A DNA stretch of 61,983 nucleotides, the filler included. It is 6 parts of 6 records of this genome, joined end to end, with 100 filler letters (N's around TTAATTAATTAA, not from the genome) between each part and the next. Parts side by side here need not be neighbours in the genome. Positions count along the whole stretch, not along the records: positions 22,262 to 38,689 come from SRR20825006_2802; positions 38,790 to 46,241 come from SRR20825006_2807; 4 more parts are not named here. One strand, 5' to 3'. The notes beneath the pieces are model-generated. The model had not been told where the DNA came from and searched no databases. It saw only the letters and a program-made list of their open reading frames with translations. The position numbers were made by a program, and so were the translations under genes. This document shows positions 28,594 through 38,839 of this stretch, piece by piece (position 1 is the stretch's first letter; each line of letters begins with the position of its first letter).

Positions 28594-31059
28594 ATGACCC
28601 TGTTGCTGGTTGCGATCAGTCTGGTGGCGTTTGGTGCTCTGGCCATGCGGGAAAGCCCGCTCTGGCAGTGGGGTGCAGCATTGGTCGTGATCGGCGTGGT
28701 CTCGGGGCTCGACTTCACCCAGTCCGGCGCGGTCTATGGCCTGGGCTGGTTCTCCTGGGTGTTGATCGTCCTCGGCGCCCTCCTGCTGGTGCTTTCGGTC
28801 AAGCCGATCCGCATGGCCGTGCTCACCACGCCGATTTACGGCGCTGTCAAATCCATCCTCCCCAAGGTCAGCCGCACCGAACAGGAAGCGCTCGATGCCG
28901 GTACCGTGGGCTGGGATGCCGAACTGTTCTCCGGCCGTCCGGACTGGAACAAGCTGACCGGCATTCGGCCGCTGACCCTGACCGATGAGGAACAGGCCTT
29001 TCTGGACGGGCCCACCGAAACCGCCTGCAAGATGATCGACGATTGGGATATTCGCCACAATCGCGCTGATCTCAGCCCCGAACTCTGGGACTTTCTCAAG
29101 TCCAAGGGGTTCCTGGGCATGCTGATTGCCAAGGAGCATGGGGGCTTGGGCTTTTCAGCCCAGGCCCAGTCGATGATCGTCTCCAAGATTGCGAGCCGTT
29201 CGGTCGCCGCCGGCATCACCGTCATGGTGCCCAATTCCCTCGGGCCGGGTGAATTGCTGGAAAAATACGGCACATCGGCCCAGAAGGAAAAATACCTCCA
29301 TCGCCTTGCTGATGGCCGCGAAGTGCCATGCTTCGCGCTGACCGGGGTGCATTCGGGGTCCGACGCCGGTGGCATGCGCGATATCGGCATTGTCACCAAG
29401 GGCATGCATAACGGGCAGGAAGTGCTCGGCGTGCGCCTTTCCTTCGACAAGCGCTATATCACCCTTGCACCCATCGCCACCCTTGTGGGGCTGGCCTTCA
29501 TCCTCAAGGATCCCGACAATCTGCTCGGTCGTGGCCCCGATATCGGCATTACCCTGGCGCTGATTCCGCATGATCATCCCGGCCTCGATATCGGCCGCCG
29601 CCACTACCCGGCCCGCCAGGCTTTCATGAACGGCCCAGTGCGCGGCACCGACATGTTCGTGCCCATGGACTTCCTCATCGGCGGCACCGATTATGCCGGG
29701 CAGGGCTGGCGCATGCTGATGGAGTGTCTCTCCACGGGGCGCGCCATTTCGCTGCCGGCCATCGGCACCACCTCGATCAAGCAGACCCTGCGCGCCACCT
29801 CTGCCTATGCGCGGGTACGCCGCCAGTTCGGCATTCCGGTGGGCATCATGGAAGGCGTGGCCGAGCCGCTCGGCGAGATGGTCAAGCGCGCCTATATGTA
29901 TGAGGCGACACGCCGCCTTACCGCCTCGATGGTCGATGAAGGCCAGCGTCCGGCCGTTATCGCGGGCCTGCTGAAATACACCACCACCGAGGCCATGCGC
30001 GACAGCATGGATGATGCCTTCGACATCCAGGGTGGCCGCGCCATCCAGGACGGGCCGGGCAATTATCTGTTCGGCGCCTATCAGGCCCTGCCGGTGGCGA
30101 TCACGGTGGAAGGCGCAAACATCCTCACCCGCACGCTGATGACTTTTGCCCAGGGCGTGCTGCGCGCCCATCCTTATCTGCTCAAGGAAATTCAGGCGGC
30201 GCAGAACAAGGACAAAAAAGCCGGGCTCGAGGCGTTTGATGCGGCCTTTGGCGGCCATACCGGCTTCATGCTGCGCAATATCGTGGCGAGTTTCCTGCAT
30301 GGCCTCACCAATGGCGCCTTCGCTTCGGCGCCCAATGAAGGCTCGATGGCCCGTTGGTACCGGCGCCTGCATCGCTATACCCAGGACTTTGCCCTGGTGG
30401 CCGACTGGACCACGGTGGTGCTGGGCGGCGCGCTCAAGCGCAAGCAGAAGATTTCGGGCCGCATGGCCGATATCCTGGGTGACCTCTATCTGATGTCGGC
30501 GACCCTCAAGCGCTTCGAGGAAGAAGGCGCGATCGCCGAGGACAAGGAACTGGTCGAGGCCATCATGGCCGATCGGGTCGCCTCGCTCGAAGCCAAGTTC
30601 GCCGAGGTTTTCGCCAATTTCCCCAATCCGGTGTTCGCCTGGGCCATGCGGTTCCTGTGCTTCCCGCTGGGCCGCCACGCCCGGCCGGCTTCGGACCGCG
30701 TCAACTATCGTTTCGTGCGTTCCGTGCTCCGGCCCGGTGCCTTCCGCGACCGGCTGACGACGGGTGTCTATGTCTCGATGGACCCAAATGACGTGACGGG
30801 CGTTCTGGAAGATGCCTTCCTCAAGGTGACCGAGGCCGAAGAAATCGAAGCCAGGTTCATCAAGGCCGCGCGCCGTGGCGTGATAGAGCGCCGGCTGGAT
30901 CGCGACGCGATTGCCGATGCGGTCGAGGCCGGTGTGTTGAGCGACAACGAGGCCGGCATCATGCGGGCCGCCGACGAAGCCACCAATCGGGCCGTGCATG
31001 TCGATGATTTCGACCAGGACGTGCTCAAGCCGACCGAGGAACGGGCTGCGGCGGAGTAG
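28594..31059 (+). CDS. fadE: Membrane-anchored acyl-CoA dehydrogenase (E. coli FadE type)
   Basis: N-terminal TMs; VPNSLGP, GSDA, KRYITLAP, RRQF and ITVEGANILTR. Start placed after a GAGGAGG RBS. Confidence 0.93.
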   Translation: MTLLLVAISLVAFGALAMRESPLWQWGAALVVIGVVSGLDFTQSGAVYGLGWFSWVLIVLGALLLVLSVKPIRMAVLTTPIYGAVKSILPKVSRTEQEALDAGTVGWDAELFSGRPDWNKLTGIRPLTLTDEEQAFLDGPTETACKMIDDWDIRHNRADLSPELWDFLKSKGFLGMLIAKEHGGLGFSAQAQSMIVSKIASRSVAAGITVMVPNSLGPGELLEKYGTSAQKEKYLHRLADGREVPCFALTGVHSGSDAGGMRDIGIVTKGMHNGQEVLGVRLSFDKRYITLAPIATLVGLAFILKDPDNLLGRGPDIGITLALIPHDHPGLDIGRRHYPARQAFMNGPVRGTDMFVPMDFLIGGTDYAGQGWRMLMECLSTGRAISLPAIGTTSIKQTLRATSAYARVRRQFGIPVGIMEGVAEPLGEMVKRAYMYEATRRLTASMVDEGQRPAVIAGLLKYTTTEAMRDSMDDAFDIQGGRAIQDGPGNYLFGAYQALPVAITVEGANILTRTLMTFAQGVLRAHPYLLKEIQAAQNKDKKAGLEAFDAAFGGHTGFMLRNIVASFLHGLTNGAFASAPNEGSMARWYRRLHRYTQDFALVADWTTVVLGGALKRKQKISGRMADILGDLYLMSATLKRFEEEGAIAEDKELVEAIMADRVASLEAKFAEVFANFPNPVFAWAMRFLCFPLGRHARPASDRVNYRFVRSVLRPGAFRDRLTTGVYVSMDPNDVTGVLEDAFLKVTEAEEIEARFIKAARRGVIERRLDRDAIADAVEAGVLSDNEAGIMRAADEATNRAVHVDDFDQDVLKPTEERAAAE

Positions 31060-31066
31060 GTGACAG

Positions 31067-31192
31067 GCGCCCTCGTGCCTTTCGAGGCCTTGCTGTGCAA
31101 GGCTCCTTGGCATGAGGGCTGACGATAAACCGGTGTTCCCATAGCCCTCATGGTGAGGCGGGAGCAAAGCGATCCTCGAACCACGGGGGCGC
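31067..31192. repeat. Inverted pair of REP-like alphaproteobacterial palindromic elements
   Basis: The reverse complement of 31067-31120 reads AGCCCTCATG...CTCGAAAGGCACGAGGGCGC; 31143-31192 reads AGCCCTCATG...CTCGAACCACGGGGGCGC. Confidence 0.7.
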
Positions 31193-31214
31193 GGCTACGG
31201 AGGACCGAACGAAC

Positions 31215-33176
31215 ATGATCGCCCCACAGGCAACCGAAACCAGACATTGGCGCTTTCACACCGATCTCGAAAAGATCGGCTGGCTGACCATCAACACACC
31301 CGGGGCCTCGGTGAATACGCTGAGCCGCGAGGCCATTATGGAGCTCGAAACGCTGGTGGCGCGCTTCGAGGACCTGGCCAGTTCCGACGAACTGGCAGGC
31401 GTAGTCATCCTGTCGGGCAAGGATAGCGGCTTTATTGCCGGCGCTGATGTCAGCGAGTTTGACGCGATGAGCGATTTTTCGGTGCTGCCCGAGGCGCTCC
31501 GGCGCACCCATGCGCTGTTTGCCCGCATCGAGTCGCTGCCCGTGCCGGTGGTCGCCGGCATTCACGGCTTCTGCCTCGGCGGTGGGCTGGAACTGGCGCT
31601 GGCCTGCCACTACCGCATCGCGGTCAATGACGAGAAGACCCGTATCGGCTTCCCCGAGGTGAACCTGGGTATCTTCCCCGGCTTTGGCGGCACCGGCCGC
31701 TCGATCCGCCAGGCGGGGCCGGTCGACGCCATGGGCATCATGCTCACCGGCAAGATGCTGCGGGCGGGTGCCGCGCGCGGCCTCAATCTCGTCGACAAGC
31801 TGGTGCGCCATCGCGACCAATTGCGCTGGGAAGGCCGCAAGGCCGTGCTGACGAGGAAGAAGTCGAGCGAGGCGCCGGCGATCAAGAAGGCGGCTGCCCT
31901 GCCGCTGGTGCGCGAAGCCATCGCCAACCAGATGCGCAAGCAGGCCGGCAAGAAGGCCCGCAAGGAGCACTATCCCGCCCCCTATGCGCTGATCGCCCTG
32001 TTCGAAAAGCATGGCAATGACTGGCGCGCGATGATCCGCGGCGAAGTCGACGCCTTCGTGCCGCTGATGGGCTCACCCACCGCCGGCAATCTCAGACGCG
32101 TGTTCTTCCTCTCCGAAGGCCTCAAGAAACAGGGCCTAAAGGGCGCGAAATTCTCCCGCGTGCATGTCATCGGGGCGGGCGTCATGGGCGGCGATATCGC
32201 TGCCTGGTGCGCCTATCGCGGCATGAGCGTGACGCTGCAGGATCTCGACATGGAACGGATCAAGCCGGCACTCGATCGGGCCAAGAAGCTGTTCAGCAAG
32301 CGCTACAAGAAGAAGCGCGAGGTTGATGCCGCCATGCTGCGCCTTGTCGCCGACCCCAAGGGCACCGGCGTGTCCCGCGCCGATGTCATCATCGAGGCCG
32401 TGGTGGAAAAGCTCGAGATCAAGCAGAAGATCTTTTCTGGAATCGAGGATCAGCTCAAACCCGGCGCGATCCTGGCTACCAATACGTCCTCCATCGAACT
32501 GGAACGCATCGCCGAGGCACTGAAGGACCCGGCCCGGCTGATCGGGCTGCATTTCTTCAATCCGGTGGCGCAGTTGCCGCTGGTCGAGGTGATCCGTTCG
32601 GCCTTCAATTCCGATGAGGAGATCGGCAAGGGCGCCAGCTTTGCCCAGGCCATCGGCAAGTCGCCGGTGGTGGTAAAGTCCGCGCCCGGCTTCCTCGTCA
32701 ACCGCGTGCTGATGCCCTACATGCTGGGCGCCGTGGAGCGGGTGGAAAAAGGCGAGAGCAAGGAATTGCTCGATGCCGCCGCCGTCGCCTTCGGTATGCC
32801 GATGGGCCCGATCGAATTGATGGATACGGTGGGTCTCGACGTAGGCAAGTCGGTCGCCACCGAACTGGGCCACGATATTCCGGCCGACAGCAAGTTTGCC
32901 AGGCTGATCGCCGAAGGCAAGCTCGGCCGCAAGACCGGCGAAGGCTTTTACAAATGGGAAAAGGGCAAGGCCCAAAAGGGCGAAACCCCCTCCCATCCTG
33001 ATCTGGCGGGCCTGGGCAAGGAACTGGTCAAGCCGCTGGTCGACATGACCGAAGTGGTGGTTGCCGAAGGCGTCGTCGCGTCGCCCGAGCTGGCCGATAT
33101 CGGCGTCATTATGGGTACCGGCTTTGCTCCCTTCTTGGGTGGGCCGATGAAGGCCCGTGCCGATGGCCGCGCGTAA
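31215..33176 (+). CDS. fadJ: Fatty acid oxidation complex alpha subunit (enoyl-CoA hydratase/3-hydroxyacyl-CoA dehydrogenase)
   Basis: FIAGAD, GGGLELALAC, PEVNLG, GAGVMG, TNTSS and HFFNP. Confidence 0.9.
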   Translation: MIAPQATETRHWRFHTDLEKIGWLTINTPGASVNTLSREAIMELETLVARFEDLASSDELAGVVILSGKDSGFIAGADVSEFDAMSDFSVLPEALRRTHALFARIESLPVPVVAGIHGFCLGGGLELALACHYRIAVNDEKTRIGFPEVNLGIFPGFGGTGRSIRQAGPVDAMGIMLTGKMLRAGAARGLNLVDKLVRHRDQLRWEGRKAVLTRKKSSEAPAIKKAAALPLVREAIANQMRKQAGKKARKEHYPAPYALIALFEKHGNDWRAMIRGEVDAFVPLMGSPTAGNLRRVFFLSEGLKKQGLKGAKFSRVHVIGAGVMGGDIAAWCAYRGMSVTLQDLDMERIKPALDRAKKLFSKRYKKKREVDAAMLRLVADPKGTGVSRADVIIEAVVEKLEIKQKIFSGIEDQLKPGAILATNTSSIELERIAEALKDPARLIGLHFFNPVAQLPLVEVIRSAFNSDEEIGKGASFAQAIGKSPVVVKSAPGFLVNRVLMPYMLGAVERVEKGESKELLDAAAVAFGMPMGPIELMDTVGLDVGKSVATELGHDIPADSKFARLIAEGKLGRKTGEGFYKWEKGKAQKGETPSHPDLAGLGKELVKPLVDMTEVVVAEGVVASPELADIGVIMGTGFAPFLGGPMKARADGRA

Positions 33177-33192
33177 GAGGAGAACAACACAA

Positions 33193-34476
33193 ATGACTGA
33201 ACTCAAGCGCGTTGCCATTGTCGGCTCGGCCCGCATCCCCTTTGCCCGCGGCGGCACCGCCTATGCGGATGAAACCAATCTGTCCATGCTCGGCACGGTG
33301 CTGGGCGGGGTGGCCGACAAGTTCGGCCTCAAGGGCGAAAAAGTGGATGAGGTGATTGCCGGTGCGGTGATCAACCATTCGCGCGATTTCAACATTGCCC
33401 GCGAAGCCCTGCTCGATGCGGGCCTCAGCCCCCGCACCCCCGGCACCACCATGCAGATCGCCTGCGGCACAAGCCTGCAGGCGGCGCTGGTGCTGGCCGG
33501 CAAGATCGCCTCGGGCCAGATCGAGAGCGGCATTGCCGCCGGCTCGGATACGGTTTCGGACAGCCCCATCGTCTTTGGGCCAAAATTCCAGCACCGTCTG
33601 CTCAATGCCAATGCCGCTAAAACGACGGGCCAGAAGCTGGGCGCCTTCAAGGGCTTTTCCTTTGGCGAACTGACTCCGGTGGCCCCTTCGGTCAACGAGC
33701 CGCGTACCGGCCTGTCCATGGGCCAACATTGCGAGTTGATGGCCCGCGAATGGGGCATCAGCCGCAAGGATCAGGATGCGCTGGCCGTGGCCAGCCATCG
33801 CAATGCCGCGGCGGCCTATGACGAGGGGTTCCATGATGACCTCCTGGTCTCCTGCGCCGGGCTGGTGCGGGACAATAATGTCCGCGCCGATGCCAATCTG
33901 GACAAGATGAGCACGCTCAAGCCCGCCTTCGACAGGGCGAGCGGCCACGGCACGCTGACTGCCGGCAATTCGACGCCACTCACCGATGGCGCGGCCGGGG
34001 TGTTGCTGGCCAGCGAAGACTGGGCGAAAGCGCGTGGCCTGCCGATCCTGGCGTACCTGACCACGGGCCGCGTGGCCGGCAATGACTTCGCCCATGGTGA
34101 GGGCCTGCTGATGGCGCCGACCATCGCGGTTTCCGAAATGCTGGACAAAGCTGGCATTGGTTTTGACGATATCGATTATTTCGAACTGCACGAAGCCTTT
34201 GCGGCGCAGGTGCTGTGCACGCTCAAGGCATGGAAGGATCCGGCCTATTGCAAGGACGTTCTCGGGCGCGACAGCGTGATGGGAGAAATCGACCCGGCCA
34301 GGATCAATGTGAAGGGCTCGAGCCTGGCCTATGGCCACCCCTTTGCGGCAACCGGCGCGCGCATTCTGGGCCTGACGGCCAAGATGCTGTCGAACCAGGC
34401 CAACAAGAAAGCACTGATTTCGGTGTGTACGGCAGGTGGCATGGGCGTAGCGGCTTTGGTAGAAAGCGCTCTATGA
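33193..34476 (+). CDS. fadI: Acetyl-CoA C-acyltransferase (thiolase, FadI type)
   Basis: IACGTS, HEAFA, GHPFAATG and CTAGG. Confidence 0.9.
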   Translation: MTELKRVAIVGSARIPFARGGTAYADETNLSMLGTVLGGVADKFGLKGEKVDEVIAGAVINHSRDFNIAREALLDAGLSPRTPGTTMQIACGTSLQAALVLAGKIASGQIESGIAAGSDTVSDSPIVFGPKFQHRLLNANAAKTTGQKLGAFKGFSFGELTPVAPSVNEPRTGLSMGQHCELMAREWGISRKDQDALAVASHRNAAAAYDEGFHDDLLVSCAGLVRDNNVRADANLDKMSTLKPAFDRASGHGTLTAGNSTPLTDGAAGVLLASEDWAKARGLPILAYLTTGRVAGNDFAHGEGLLMAPTIAVSEMLDKAGIGFDDIDYFELHEAFAAQVLCTLKAWKDPAYCKDVLGRDSVMGEIDPARINVKGSSLAYGHPFAATGARILGLTAKMLSNQANKKALISVCTAGGMGVAALVESAL

Positions 34477-34631
34477 GCGACAATGTCATCAAATTCCAGC
34501 GGCCCGAGAAGAAGCCCGAGCCGCCCGTCAAGAAACCGCGCGGCCCCTTGCCGGGCTGGGTGCCCTTTGCCGTCCTGGTCGGGGTGGCCCTCATCATCTT
34601 TTTTGTGCAGGGCGGCGTGCAGCCGGGCTGA
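34473..34631 (+). CDS. Small single-TM protein (52 aa)
   Basis: MSDNVIKFQRP, Pro/Lys linker and a TM helix; ATGA overlap with the thiolase stop. Confidence 0.6.
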   Translation: MSDNVIKFQRPEKKPEPPVKKPRGPLPGWVPFAVLVGVALIIFFVQGGVQPG

Positions 34632-34944
34632 CCGCTGCGATGCGGCCAATTAGCACGCGCTTGCGCGTGCCGAAGATTGATCCGGACGCCGTAGTATCTG
34701 AATCCATCATTGCCTTATCCGGCAAAATTTCATGCCTCCCAGCGCCATGGAAACAGGATATTCACAATCGACCGCCCGATGACGTTTAGGTCAATCTTTT
34801 GCTTGTCAGTGGACGGATATGCGTAATACCGTCCACCATCTTGCTCGCCGGGCCCTGCCTGGCGGCGAAGAAGAATGAGCTGCCCGACGTCAAAGGCGGC
34901 CAGTCAGAGAAACGCGAAGAATTCCACAAGGAGATGGGACGATA

Positions 34945-36519
34945 ATGAAATTCACAACAGCCCTTAAGGCCGTTGCGCTGGCCAGCGTGTTCAGCTTGAG
35001 CTTCGGCGCCGTGCAGGCACAGACACTGCACATGATGAATGGTGGCGAACCCGCTTCGCTCGATCCGCATCGCGTTTCCGGCGACTGGGAAAACCGGATT
35101 GTCGGCGACTATATCGAAGGCCTGATGACCGAAGACGCCGAAGGCGCGCCGATCCTGGGTGCTGCCGAGTCCTACGAAGTTTCCGAGGATGGCCTGGTCT
35201 ATACCTTCAAGATCCGCGAAGATTCGGTGTGGTCCGATGGCGAGCCGGTGACTGCCGGTGATTTCGTTTTCGCCTTCCAGCGCCTGATGAATCCGGAAAC
35301 CGCAGCCGGCTACGCCTATCTGCAGTACCCGATCAAGAATGCCGAGGCCGTCAATGCCGGCGACATGGAACTGAGCGAGCTCGGTGTTGCCGCGATCGAC
35401 GACAAGACGCTTGAGATCACGCTGGAAAATCCGGCGCCGTTCTTCCTGGGCGCCCTGACCCACTACACCGCCTATCCCGTGCCGCAGCACGTGGTTGAAG
35501 AGTTCGGCGATGACTGGATCCAGCCCGAGAACATCGTTGGCAATGGTCCTTACACACCGACCGAATGGGTGCCCGGTTCGCACATCAAGGCTGTGAAGTC
35601 CGAGAGCTATCACGACGCTGAGAACGTACAGATCGAAGAGGTCATGTACTACGCGCTCGATGACCTGACCGCTGCGGTCAACCGCTACCGTGCCGGCGAA
35701 TTCGATATCCTGACCGACTTCCCGGCCGATCAGGTGACAGCCCTTGGTGACGACGCTGCCGTCGCAGCCTTCCAGGGCGTGCACTACTACGTGATGAACC
35801 AGACCGCCGAGAAGCTGCAGGACGTCAATGTCCGCAAGGCGATCTCGATGGCGATCAATCGTGAAGTGATCGGCCCCGATCTGTGGGGCACGGGCGAAGT
35901 GGCCGCCTATTCGTGGGTGCCGACGGGTACTGCAAACTATGTCGATGACGCTTTCCGCTATGACTGGGCCGACATGCCTTATGGCGAGCGCGTTGAAGAA
36001 GCCCGCGCGCTGATGGAAGCGGCCGGTTACTCGGCAGACAATCCGCTGCAGTTGACCATCAACTACAACACCAACGACAATCACCAGCGCCTTGCGGTGG
36101 CGATTTCCTCGATGTGGGAGCAGATCCACGTCACCACCGAGCTGTCCAATGCCGAAGTGGCCGTGCACTATGATGCACTGCAGAACAATGACTTCGACTC
36201 GATCGGCCGTGCCGGTTGGCTGATGGACTACAACGATCCGATCAACATGCTCGAACTGCTACGTAGCGACATCCAGTACAATTATGGTCGCTACAACAAC
36301 CCTGAGTTCGACCAGTTGCTGCGTGACTCGGCTACCGAGCTCGATCTTGAGGCCCGCGCCGAGATTCTGGCCCAGGCCGAAACCATCGCCATGGAAGACT
36401 ATGCGGCCCTGCCGCTGGCCTTCTATGTGTCGCGTAATGCCGTTGCGGACCGCATCGAGGGCTTCGTCCCCAATGCCCGTGACGTGCATCGCACCCGCTG
36501 GTTGAGCAAGTCCGAGTAA
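34945..36519 (+). CDS. oppA: Oligopeptide ABC transporter substrate-binding protein
   Basis: Signal peptide; EPASLDPH, WSDGEPVTAGDF, GNGPY and RAGWLMDY. Confidence 0.92.
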   Translation: MKFTTALKAVALASVFSLSFGAVQAQTLHMMNGGEPASLDPHRVSGDWENRIVGDYIEGLMTEDAEGAPILGAAESYEVSEDGLVYTFKIREDSVWSDGEPVTAGDFVFAFQRLMNPETAAGYAYLQYPIKNAEAVNAGDMELSELGVAAIDDKTLEITLENPAPFFLGALTHYTAYPVPQHVVEEFGDDWIQPENIVGNGPYTPTEWVPGSHIKAVKSESYHDAENVQIEEVMYYALDDLTAAVNRYRAGEFDILTDFPADQVTALGDDAAVAAFQGVHYYVMNQTAEKLQDVNVRKAISMAINREVIGPDLWGTGEVAAYSWVPTGTANYVDDAFRYDWADMPYGERVEEARALMEAAGYSADNPLQLTINYNTNDNHQRLAVAISSMWEQIHVTTELSNAEVAVHYDALQNNDFDSIGRAGWLMDYNDPINMLELLRSDIQYNYGRYNNPEFDQLLRDSATELDLEARAEILAQAETIAMEDYAALPLAFYVSRNAVADRIEGFVPNARDVHRTRWLSKSE

Positions 36520-36534
36520 TCGGACTGGTCTTCG

Positions 36535-36570
36535 GTCCGGTCGCCCCAACGGGCGGCCGGACTCTTTCTT
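36535..36570 (+). terminator. Hairpin with T-rich tail after oppA
   Basis: GTCCGGTCGCCC-caac-GGGCGGCCGGAC-TCTTTCTT. Confidence 0.65.
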
Positions 36571-36702
36571 CTCCGGCATGGTGCGATCTATCGACAGTGC
36601 CGGTGACCGCTGTACGGGTTCGTACGTTTTAGATTATTCGAGAGCAGATCCAGCCGACAGCCAGTGGCCGTGTTGGTTTGCTCGCTCAGGTCCCTAAAGA
36701 AA

Positions 36703-37626
36703 ATGCTGCGCTATGCAACGCGGCGCGTGCTTTCGGCGCTGCCGATCGCCTTTATCGCCGTTACTGTCTGCTTCTTCATCCTGCGCGCTGCCCCGGGTGG
36801 GCCGTTCGACTCCGACCGGCCGCTTCCGCCCGAAGTGCTGGCCAATGTCCGCGCCTATTACAATCTCGATCAGCCCCTGTTCATGCAGTACCTGCTCTAT
36901 ATCGGCGGCGTGCTGCGCGGGGATCTGGGCCCGTCCATGTCGTCCTACGACTTCTCGGTGTCCGAGTTGATGGCGATCGGCATGCCGTTTTCGCTGCAAT
37001 TGGGGCTGACCGCCTTCGTGATTGCGACCGCGATCGGCGTGATCACCGGGATGATCGCAGCCGTCTACAAGAACAAGTGGCCAGATTATATGCTGGTGCT
37101 GGTGGTGATGATCGGCGTGATCGTCCCCAATTTCCTCATCGGCGCACTGCTTCAGCTCTGGTTCGGCGTCTATCTGCGCTGGCTGCCGGCGGGCGGCTGG
37201 GTGCCGGGGAGCTGGGCGCATCTGGTGTTGCCCGTAGCTGTGCTCTCCTGGGCCCATGCGGCGCGCATTTCGCGGCTGATGCGGGGCTCGATGATCGAGA
37301 CGCTGGGCACCAATTATGTGCGGACCGCCCGTTCCAAGGGGCTGGGCGAACGGCTGGTGCTGGCGCGGCATGCCATCAAGCCGGCCCTGATCCCCGTGGT
37401 CAGCTATCTGGGGCCTGGCCTGTCCTATCTGCTCACCGGCTCGCTGGTGGTCGAACAGATTTTCGGCCTGCCCGGCATCGGCCGCTACTTCATTCAGGCC
37501 GCTCTTAATCGCGACTACGGCATGGTGCTGGGCACGACGCTCTTCTACATGCTGCTGATCATTGCGCTCAATCTGATCGTGGACCTCGTCTATGCCTGGC
37601 TCGATCCCAAGGTGAGGTACCGCTGA
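36703..37626 (+). CDS. oppB: Oligopeptide ABC permease
   Basis: APGGPF, YVRTARSKG and VEQIFGLPGIG. Confidence 0.92.
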   Translation: MLRYATRRVLSALPIAFIAVTVCFFILRAAPGGPFDSDRPLPPEVLANVRAYYNLDQPLFMQYLLYIGGVLRGDLGPSMSSYDFSVSELMAIGMPFSLQLGLTAFVIATAIGVITGMIAAVYKNKWPDYMLVLVVMIGVIVPNFLIGALLQLWFGVYLRWLPAGGWVPGSWAHLVLPVAVLSWAHAARISRLMRGSMIETLGTNYVRTARSKGLGERLVLARHAIKPALIPVVSYLGPGLSYLLTGSLVVEQIFGLPGIGRYFIQAALNRDYGMVLGTTLFYMLLIIALNLIVDLVYAWLDPKVRYR

Positions 37627-38546
37627 TGGCCGGGTTGACACAAAAAGACGAGGTGCTCACCCGCTATGCGGAAAAGCTGAGCACGCTCAAGGCGCCCAAG
37701 GGCCGCTCGCTGACCGATGATGCGATCCGGCGCATGCTGGCCAACAAGGCCGCCATGGTGTCGCTGTTCGTGCTGGCCGCCATTGTGCTGTTCGCCTTTG
37801 TGGGTCCCTATTTCGTACCCTGGGGCTATTCCGAGGTTGACTGGGCCGGCATCCGCAAGCCCCCCGATTTCGAGGCCGGGCACTATTTCGGCACCGACCA
37901 TAATGGCCGGGACCTGTTGGCCCGCACCATGTTCGGCACGCAGATGAGCCTGATCGTGGCGCTGGTGGCCACCACCGTATCGGTGGTGATCGGCATCGCC
38001 TATGGCGCCATTGCCGGCTATTTCGGCGGCCGGGTCGATGCGGTGATGATGCGTATCGTCGATATGCTCTATGCGCTGCCCTATATCCTGTTCGTCATCA
38101 TCCTGGTGGTGATCTTCGGCCGCAACCCGATCCTGCTGTTTGTGGGCATCGGGGCGATCGAATGGCTGACCATGGCCCGCATCGTGCGCGGCCAGACGCT
38201 GACGCTCAAGGAAAAGGAATTCGTGGAAGCGGCCCGGGCGGGCGGTGCCAAGCCCTGGACCATCATCTTCCGGCACATTGTGCCCAATCTGACGGGGCCG
38301 GTGGTGATCTATGCCACGCTGACCATTCCCGAGATCATCATCGTGGAGAGTTTCCTCTCTTATCTGGGCCTGGGTATCCAGGAACCCCAGACCTCGCTGG
38401 GCACGCTGATTTCCACCGGTGCGCCGGTGGCCGAGGTGACGCCCTGGATGCTGATCTATCCCGGCATCATTCTGGTGTCGCTGCTGTTCTGCCTGACCTA
38501 TGTCGGCGACGGGCTGCGCGACGCGCTCGACCCCAAGGACCGCTGA
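37626..38546 (+). CDS. oppC: Oligopeptide ABC permease
   Basis: FGTDHNGRD, EFVEAA, ESFLSYLGLG and GDGLRDALDP. Confidence 0.92.
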   Translation: MAGLTQKDEVLTRYAEKLSTLKAPKGRSLTDDAIRRMLANKAAMVSLFVLAAIVLFAFVGPYFVPWGYSEVDWAGIRKPPDFEAGHYFGTDHNGRDLLARTMFGTQMSLIVALVATTVSVVIGIAYGAIAGYFGGRVDAVMMRIVDMLYALPYILFVIILVVIFGRNPILLFVGIGAIEWLTMARIVRGQTLTLKEKEFVEAARAGGAKPWTIIFRHIVPNLTGPVVIYATLTIPEIIIVESFLSYLGLGIQEPQTSLGTLISTGAPVAEVTPWMLIYPGIILVSLLFCLTYVGDGLRDALDPKDR

Positions 38547-38547
38547 C

Positions 38548-38689
38548 ATGTCCGATTTTGTACTTTCCATCCAGGACCTGTCGGTCACCTTCGCCTTGCA
38601 CGATACCGAGGTGCAGGCCGTGCGCGAGATGAATTTCGACCTGCGGGCGGGGGAGACCCTGGCCGTGGTGGGCGAAAGCGGCTCGGGCA
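38548..38689 (+). CDS. oppD: Oligopeptide ABC ATP-binding protein, truncated
   Basis: GETLAVVGESGSG Walker A start. Confidence 0.85.
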
Positions 38690-38789
38690 NNNNNNNNNNN
38701 NNNNNNNNNNNNNNNNNNNNNNNNNNNNNNNNNTTAATTAATTAANNNNNNNNNNNNNNNNNNNNNNNNNNNNNNNNNNNNNNNNNNNN
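38690..38789. other. Artificial contig spacer
   Basis: N-run with TTAATTAATTAA. Confidence 0.98.
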
Positions 38790-38839
38790 TGCGTTGGCGA
38801 GTTCGGTGAGCTTTCGCATGAGTGCTGTGAGAGCGGCTT

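Noticed and set aside
29155-31167. 670-aa antisense ORF over fadE, and similar long antisense ORFs over fadJ, fadI, oppA and the Lon-like gene
   Set aside because: Shadow frames expected from GC-rich codon bias; no motifs, and they fully overlap well-supported genes.
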